Positions 26,475 through 32,000 of a stretch of 32,000 bases of DNA are shown piece by piece. The stretch lies in NCBI RefSeq assembly GCF_009939295.1, contig NZ_WVIC01000013.1, forward strand, positions 1 through 32,000, in the 5' to 3' direction. The stretch is from Petrachloros mirabilis ULC683. GTDB taxonomy: Bacteria > Cyanobacteriota > Cyanobacteriia > Thermosynechococcales > Thermosynechococcaceae. A program made the translations under genes and the position numbers. The number at the start of each line of letters is the position of its first letter. Within the stretch, counting starts at the first letter, position 1. The notes under the pieces are model-generated. The model ran no database searches. It saw only the letters and a program-made list of their open reading frames with translations, and was not told the origin of the DNA.

Positions 26475-26576
26475 CGGCCTCTAACAGCAATAGCTTCAGG
26501 GGCTGGAGCCAACCAAACTAGCCTGAATAACTGCTCTTAAAAGGGTCTGCATAGACTTTTACCAACAGGGAAAATA

Positions 26577-29537
26577 ATGCCACAGGATAGTGAACAACAG
26601 GTGCGGCTCCAGTTTTTAGAGGAAGCCCAAGACTATCTGCACCAGATTGAAGCGGAACTGTTGAATTTCGAGTCCCAGGGAAATCAGCAGCAAGCTTTGA
26701 ATGCCATGCTGCGTGCGGCTCATTCTATTAAGGGTGGGGCTGGCTTGATGGGGTTTCCTTACCTGAGTCAGTTTGCACACCGGTTTGAGGACTTCCTGAA
26801 GGTTTTGAAGGTGAGTCGCCCCGCTGTGGATAGCAGTCTAGAACAGGAACTGCTGCGTGCCGTTGATGACATGGGGCAGGTGGCGACTGCCTACCGACAG
26901 CACGGAACGGTGGCGGAGGACTGGGTACAAACCGCGATTACGCCCATCTTTGATCGCCTGCACCAGCGGCTTGGAGATCCACAACCCGAAGATGCCGCTG
27001 CCCTGCTCTCGGAAGAAGTGGGGGAAGACATGACCCGACTGTTGTTTGAAAGTGAGGTGGAAGCCTGTTTACAACGGCTAGAGGCTGTGACCCAGCAGCC
27101 AGAGATGCCTTGCTTGGTAGAGGAGGTGGAGATCGCAGCCCAAGAACTGGCTGGCTTAGCAGAAATGCTGGATCTGTCAGCTTTTCAGAGTCTCTGTCAA
27201 TCTGTGTCTGAGCAATTGCAAGCAGCACCTACCCCTACCCAAGGGGGAGACATTGCCCAATTAGCCATTCAGCAATGGCGGCGATCGCAGGCACTGGTCT
27301 TGGTGGGGCAAGCCACGGCAATTCCCACCCAACTGGAGCGGGAAGCCATTCCTCATGAGACACCCATTCAGTCAGTTAGCAAGGGTCTCCCAGACTGGCT
27401 AGATACACATCTGAGCGAGCCTGATTTGCCTGAGTCTCTGACTGCTTCGGAAGCGGTCTCCTTGCTGGCAGATTTAGAAACAGACTTCGAGGCAGGCTTG
27501 GAGACCGGGGTAGAAGCTCCACTCTCACGGTCTGCACCACAACAGTCTGCACCAGGCAGGGTGTTATCTCCTCAAAAAGCAGCTTTAGAATCGGAGTTCT
27601 CTGAACCTTCTGTCACCCCAGGTGATACAGAGCAAACGATTCGGGTTCCTGTGCATAAACTCAGCCAATTGAGTGAATTATTTGGGGAATTGATCATCGA
27701 GCGCAATGGGCTATCCCTACAGTTGCAACGCCTGCGCGATCTGATGGGATTGCTCAACCAGCGGGTACAGACCCTAGAGCAATCGAATGATCAGCTCCGC
27801 AGTGCCTGCGATAGTCCAAGACTGGCCTACGGCCATCGCACCACTGCTCAAGGCGAGTTGCCCCAACTCATTGGTGCCGCCCTCTCAGGGATCTCTGCCA
27901 CCCTGGGCGAGCGCTTTGATGGACTAGAGATGGATCGCTACAGCGAGTTACATCTGTTTTCCCAAGAATTGAGCGAAACCGCCGTGCAAATCCAGGAAGT
28001 CACCACCGACATGAACCTCAGTCTGGAGGACGCCGAGCAAACTGCCCGCGCCCTGACGCGCACCAGCAAGCAACTGCAAAGCACTATGACCCAGGTGCGG
28101 ATGCGCCCCCTCTCAGACCTACTCTCTCGGATTCCCAGGGTGCTGCGCGACCTCAGCCATACCTACGGCAAGCAAGTCGATCTGAACATCACGGGCGGCT
28201 CTACCCTCATCGACCGTGCCATTCTGGAAGCCCTGCACGATCCTTTGATTCATCTGCTTCGCAACGCCTTTGACCATGGCATTGAACCCCCGCACATCCG
28301 CACCGCTCAGGGCAAACCGGAGCAGGGACTGATTGAGATTAAGGCCGCCTATCGTGGCAACCAAACTGTCCTCATACTACAGGACGACGGAGCAGGCATC
28401 GATCTCGACAAAATCAAAGCCCGAGCGCTGATGATGGGACTCGACGACGCCGTGCTCAACCGCGCCAGCACCCAAGAGCTACTGGAACTCATTTTTGAGC
28501 CAGGCTTCAGCACCGCAGATCAAGTAACCGACCTCTCAGGCCGGGGGGTGGGCATGGACGTGGTTCGCACCCAACTCAAACAAGTCCGGGGCAACATCAC
28601 CGTCGATACCCGACCGGGTCAAGGCACCACCATGACCTTGACGGTGCCTTTCACCCTCTCGGTTCTGCGGGTGCTGCTAGTGGAAGTGCAACAAATGCTA
28701 TTGGCCATCCCCACCAACGCTGTTGAAGAAATGGTGTTGTTGGCCTCGCAGCAACTTCGTCGGCAGACGGGCAGACCTCTACTGAACTGGGAAGGACTGC
28801 TAGTGCCCCTATTAAATTTGAAAGACTGGTTACGAATGCCCCGGGTGCCCCATTTACCCGAATCAGACGCCAGCCCTACCATTGACGAACCCCTGGTGCT
28901 GATGGTGGCTCATGGTGAAGACATAATGGGTCTACAAGTGGATCGCTACTGGGGCGAACAGGAAGTCACCATCCGTCCTGTGGAAGGTCAGCTCCCGCTG
29001 CCGCCTGGTTTTGTTGGATGCACGATTCTGGGCAATGGGCGCATTGTGCCGCTGGTCGAGCCGGTGAATTTACTGCGCTGGATCGAGGAGCAACAGGCTC
29101 AGTCCCCGACGCAGAGCTTGACAATGCCCCCAACACCCATCACCACTGCCCCCAGCACCCCGTTGATTTTAATTGTGGATGACTCGGTTAACGTGCGCCG
29201 CTTTTTGGCGCTCACTCTAGAAAAAGCGGGCTACCGGGTCGAGCAAGCCAAGGATGGTCATCATGCCTTGGAAAAACTGCGGGCAGGTCTGTCAGCCCAA
29301 GCGGTCATTTGTGACATTGAAATGCCCCGCCTAGACGGCTACGGATTTCTCGCCCATGCTAGGGCAGATCAGCGCTATCAGTCTCTGCCGATCCTGATGC
29401 TCACCTCTCGCAGTGGCCACAAACATCGGCAGTTGGCTATGACTCTGGGTGCAACAGCCTATTTTTCTAAGCCTTTCCAAGAAACTGAGTTGTTGGCCAC
29501 CCTACAGCAAGTGATCGCCAATCCGATGCTTGCTTAA
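26577..29537 (+). CDS. Hybrid CheA-like histidine kinase (Hpt - long linker - HATPase - CheW-like - REC), PilL/HmpE class
   Basis: Hpt LRAAHSIKGGAGLMGF. Kinase boxes LIHLLRNAFDHGIE, DDGAGID, GRGVGMDVV. CheW-like region ~residues 700-830. C-terminal REC with LILIVDDS, VICDIEMPRLDGY, LMLTSR, FSKPF. Confidence 0.9.
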   Translation: MPQDSEQQVRLQFLEEAQDYLHQIEAELLNFESQGNQQQALNAMLRAAHSIKGGAGLMGFPYLSQFAHRFEDFLKVLKVSRPAVDSSLEQELLRAVDDMGQVATAYRQHGTVAEDWVQTAITPIFDRLHQRLGDPQPEDAAALLSEEVGEDMTRLLFESEVEACLQRLEAVTQQPEMPCLVEEVEIAAQELAGLAEMLDLSAFQSLCQSVSEQLQAAPTPTQGGDIAQLAIQQWRRSQALVLVGQATAIPTQLEREAIPHETPIQSVSKGLPDWLDTHLSEPDLPESLTASEAVSLLADLETDFEAGLETGVEAPLSRSAPQQSAPGRVLSPQKAALESEFSEPSVTPGDTEQTIRVPVHKLSQLSELFGELIIERNGLSLQLQRLRDLMGLLNQRVQTLEQSNDQLRSACDSPRLAYGHRTTAQGELPQLIGAALSGISATLGERFDGLEMDRYSELHLFSQELSETAVQIQEVTTDMNLSLEDAEQTARALTRTSKQLQSTMTQVRMRPLSDLLSRIPRVLRDLSHTYGKQVDLNITGGSTLIDRAILEALHDPLIHLLRNAFDHGIEPPHIRTAQGKPEQGLIEIKAAYRGNQTVLILQDDGAGIDLDKIKARALMMGLDDAVLNRASTQELLELIFEPGFSTADQVTDLSGRGVGMDVVRTQLKQVRGNITVDTRPGQGTTMTLTVPFTLSVLRVLLVEVQQMLLAIPTNAVEEMVLLASQQLRRQTGRPLLNWEGLLVPLLNLKDWLRMPRVPHLPESDASPTIDEPLVLMVAHGEDIMGLQVDRYWGEQEVTIRPVEGQLPLPPGFVGCTILGNGRIVPLVEPVNLLRWIEEQQAQSPTQSLTMPPTPITTAPSTPLILIVDDSVNVRRFLALTLEKAGYRVEQAKDGHHALEKLRAGLSAQAVICDIEMPRLDGYGFLAHARADQRYQSLPILMLTSRSGHKHRQLAMTLGATAYFSKPFQETELLATLQQVIANPMLA

Positions 29538-29575
29538 GTTCTTTAATCTTGCTGTTTTAGCCCCAAATTGTCTCT

Positions 29576-30085
29576 ATGGCCATTTTTTCTCCCCTGCGAT
29601 CGCGGCGCATGGCTCAGCAACCCCATGCCGTCACTGTTCCTTTGATTGCCTTTCAACTGCGCCAGATTTGGTTTGCCGTACCGATGACAGCCATTGTGCG
29701 GGTGATGCCCCTCGGCCCCATCTATGGCGACCCTCAGCACACTGGCATCAGCGTTACCCGCTACGACGATCAGGAACTGACCGTAGTGGATGTGGGGCAT
29801 CGCATTTTTTCCGACCCAGGGGCACTTCCCGCCGAAGTTTTGGATGACGCAACCCCAGCGACCCAAAGCTGCCTGGTGGTGCTCCAAACCCGCCAAGGCG
29901 AACGAATTGGGCTGCCCATTGATTCTCAGCCGGAGGTGCGACGAGTGCCCGAAACCCAAATTGTGCCGCTACCGGAAACCTATCGGCAGCATGGCAATAT
30001 TCACTGTATTAGCACCCTATCAGTGCAGGCCGCCGATCAACCGCCCCTGTTTATTTTGGATCCAGACCAACTCAGGCAACAATAA
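29576..30085 (+). CDS. Second CheW-like protein
   Basis: IAFQLRQIWFAVPMTAIVRVMPL...ISVTRYDDQELTVVDV...LVVLQTRQGERIGLPIDSQPEVRRV...LFILDPDQL follows the CheW domain pattern. Confidence 0.7.
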   Translation: MAIFSPLRSRRMAQQPHAVTVPLIAFQLRQIWFAVPMTAIVRVMPLGPIYGDPQHTGISVTRYDDQELTVVDVGHRIFSDPGALPAEVLDDATPATQSCLVVLQTRQGERIGLPIDSQPEVRRVPETQIVPLPETYRQHGNIHCISTLSVQAADQPPLFILDPDQLRQQ

Positions 30086-30593
30086 CCGATGAGGGGCACG
30101 AAAAATTTTGTTCAACGCACCAATCGAGAACTGAAAACGAGTCCCTATCTGCATGACTGATTAGGCAGCAACTTCTATGTAGGTTGATGACGTGGAGGGT
30201 TTCTGATAGATCGATTAACCCTTGATTTGCAGCGTCATCCAAGATTCCGAGGGTGCCAATGATAGGGACACCAAGATTCTTGGCAGCTTCCCTTCCTAAA
30301 CGCTCATCAATGATTAGCAGGTCTGCTGGCAGAGCTTGAGCCAGTGTAATGGCGGCTTGCTCTCCGGGGTCGAGAGAATTCAGATTTCTATCCATTACAG
30401 ACACAGCTTTGACCTTAAACCAATCAGGAGGACTGGCAATCCATTTCTGAACAAGTAGCGGTGCACCTGGGTCACGCATTTCATTATGCACTACATCAGG
30501 AATTACAATTTTTTGAAATAAATAAGGCAACAGGTCAATCTGCTCAATAAGCAACAGATAGTTAATCGGTGAGGTGTCCGCAACAACAATCAT
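30072..30593 (-). CDS. PIN-like nuclease toxin, DUF3368 / COG2405 family
   Basis: MIVVADTSPINYL (first acidic residue), LDPGEQAAITLA, LLIIDERLGR, IIGTLGIL. It lies 6 nt downstream of a UPF0175 gene. Confidence 0.7.
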   Translation of the reverse strand: MIVVADTSPINYLLLIEQIDLLPYLFQKIVIPDVVHNEMRDPGAPLLVQKWIASPPDWFKVKAVSVMDRNLNSLDPGEQAAITLAQALPADLLIIDERLGREAAKNLGVPIIGTLGILDDAANQGLIDLSETLHVINLHRSCCLISHADRDSFSVLDWCVEQNFSCPSSVIVA

Positions 30594-30599
30594 GGATTG

Positions 30600-30860
30600 C
30601 TATTGGTGCCGAAGTTGGCGAAGAGTTTTGCGATCGCACTCTAAATCCGCCTCATCATAGTGCAGGTCAGCATTTTTCTGCTTCAAAAATGCATCGACTG
30701 TCCAGCGAGAAGGTAACCCTAAAATACGACCCACTTCAGCATGAGTAATTTTCTTATTTTGATAGGCATGTACCACCAAAACTTCTAGGACTTCACGGGC
30801 AAGGCGATCAGAATTAAAGTGCTGCACTAACGCTTCGGGAAGATCGATGGTAATTTGCAT
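30600..30860 (-). CDS. UPF0175 (COG2886) family antitoxin
   Basis: 86 aa. ITIDLPEAL...LVVHAYQNKKITHAEVGRILGL is typical of UPF0175 partners of DUF3368 PIN proteins. Confidence 0.7.
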   Translation of the reverse strand: MQITIDLPEALVQHFNSDRLAREVLEVLVVHAYQNKKITHAEVGRILGLPSRWTVDAFLKQKNADLHYDEADLECDRKTLRQLRHQ

Positions 30861-30976
30861 GATTTAAGCTCCACGATGAAAACCAAGCGTCTCGGAATGA
30901 CCTTTTCACCACATATTGTCTAGGATCGGCAAAAGCCCTGTTCATAATCTAACGTCCTGTTTTGGCTCCGAGCTAT

Positions 30977-32000
30977 ATGCCTTCTTTCTTAACCTGGGGA
31001 CTGTTGCTGACGACGGTCTTGGCGGGTGTTGCTTGGGGTGCGATCGCACGCTTTCACCAAACCCTGCAAGCCTCCCTTGATGCCGCGCCCCAGCTCTCAC
31101 CCCTGGGCACCCCTCCCCCAGATTTACCGACCCTCTCGGTGATTATTCCGGCCTATAACGAAGCCGAAAACCTTCAGGCTTGTGTGGAGGCAGTTCTGGC
31201 CAGTGAACTCCCCAACCCTCAGTCTCTACAAGTCTGGATCGCCGATGACGAGTCCACCGATGCTACTGGATACATTGCTCAAACCCTCGCGGCAAAAGAC
31301 TCCCGAGTGCGGGCGCTGTCGGTGCCGCCTCGACCCCCGGATCAGCTCTGGCGGGGCAAAAACTGGGCCTGTACCCAAGCAGCAGCCCAGGCCACGGGTA
31401 CTTATTTGCTGTTTATCGATGCGGATGTACGGCTGCAACCGGGTGCGATCGCAGCGGCTCTCTGCGAAGCCGAAACCCAACAAACCGATCTGCTCAGTTG
31501 CGTCCCCGCAGTTGAGTGTGGCTGTCTGGCCGAGTGGTTGGTGCAGCCCCTCATCTTTATGTTGATTGCGGCCAGCTTCAACTTTGCGGCTGTGAATGAC
31601 CCCACCCAGGCCACCGCCTTTGCAGCCGGACCCTTTATGCTGTTTCGTCGAGACACCTACGAAACCTTGGGCGGCCATCGCGCCGTCGCCGCCAACTTAG
31701 TTGAGGATGTCGGGCTGGCTCGCCGAGTCAAGCACAAAGGATTCAAGCTGCGCTTCATCTTGGGCTTAGAAGTCATACAGGTGCGCATGTATCGCTCCTT
31801 TGCAGCTCTGTGGGAAGGCTGGACAAAGAACCTATACGAAGGCTCTGAACGGAACCTGTGGAGCACCCTGTGGGTCGCCTCCATCATGGTGATGGTCTTT
31901 ACCCTCCCCTGGGGATGCGCCTTGCTGAGTGGGCTGTTAGGGGGTGCTATGGTTTTGAATCCAGAGGCATATTCCCCAGCTCAGGGCATCCTGCTATTGC
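30977..32000 (+). CDS. Family 2 glycosyltransferase, membrane-associated; 3' end runs off the window (absent from the ORF track)
   Basis: Hand translation from ATG 30977 gives MPSFLTWGLLLTTVLAGVAWGAI...LSVIIPAYNEAENLQACVEAVL...VWIADDESTDAT...YLLFIDADVRL...FMLFRRDTYETLGGH...EDVGLA. The frame stays open to nt 32000. Confidence 0.75.
   Translation, partial: MPSFLTWGLLLTTVLAGVAWGAIARFHQTLQASLDAAPQLSPLGTPPPDLPTLSVIIPAYNEAENLQACVEAVLASELPNPQSLQVWIADDESTDATGYIAQTLAAKDSRVRALSVPPRPPDQLWRGKNWACTQAAAQATGTYLLFIDADVRLQPGAIAAALCEAETQQTDLLSCVPAVECGCLAEWLVQPLIFMLIAASFNFAAVNDPTQATAFAAGPFMLFRRDTYETLGGHRAVAANLVEDVGLARRVKHKGFKLRFILGLEVIQVRMYRSFAALWEGWTKNLYEGSERNLWSTLWVASIMVMVFTLPWGCALLSGLLGGAMVLNPEAYSPAQGILLL

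Noticed and set aside
29530-29959. ORFs 29530-29847 (+) and 29543-29959 (-) as alternatives to the second CheW
   Set aside because: The frame starting at 29576 shows the CheW domain pattern over its whole length. The others are compositional shadows.
31182-31887. Track ORFs 31182-31565 (+), 31226-31678 (-), 31402-31656 (-) and 31657-31887 (-)
   Set aside because: All overlap the open GT2 glycosyltransferase frame starting at 30977, which has clear family motifs. These alternatives have Arg/Pro/Cys-rich, low-plausibility translations.
1-32000. Search for a CRISPR array or tRNA/rRNA genes, especially near the Cas10-like gene
   Set aside because: I found no series of regularly spaced 25-40 nt direct repeats. 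The only tandem repeats are short in-frame coding repeats (12 and 21 bp). I saw no tRNA-like T-arm (GGTTCGAATCC-type) motifs in the intergenic regions.

Overview
This is a cyanobacterial chromosomal window. The HIP1 octamer GCGATCGC occurs about once per 1-1.5 kb by manual scan, and sampled background GC is in the mid-50s %. Most genes are housekeeping: cbiA, thiO, ribBA, rnz, cobD, pyrR, an M16 peptidase, a DRTGG/Pta-like protein and a DCC oxidoreductase. A complete type-IV-pilus-style chemosensory operon spans about 21.7-30.1 kb (PatA-type response regulator, CheY, CheW, MCP, [2Fe-2S] ferredoxin, hybrid CheA, second CheW). Accessory content: (1) At the left edge, three minus-strand genes are chained by ATGA stop/start overlaps: a CARF + Card1/Can2-like nuclease-fold protein, then an HD-less two-palm Cas10-like (mCpol-like) GGDD cyclase, then a short Uma2 endonuclease. 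No CRISPR array or type III backbone is in view, so this is the best candidate for an uncharacterised cyclic-oligonucleotide defence or signalling system. (2) A ~2.2 kb low-GC type II R-M island (PD-ExK endonuclease + HTH-fused C5 methyltransferase) is followed by a MITE-like element with terminal inverted repeats and an 11-bp target duplication. (3) A UPF0175/DUF3368-PIN toxin-antitoxin pair. (4) A second, full-length Uma2 paralogue and several in-frame coding tandem repeats. All calls rest on motif reading of the supplied translations and the raw sequence; no database search was possible.
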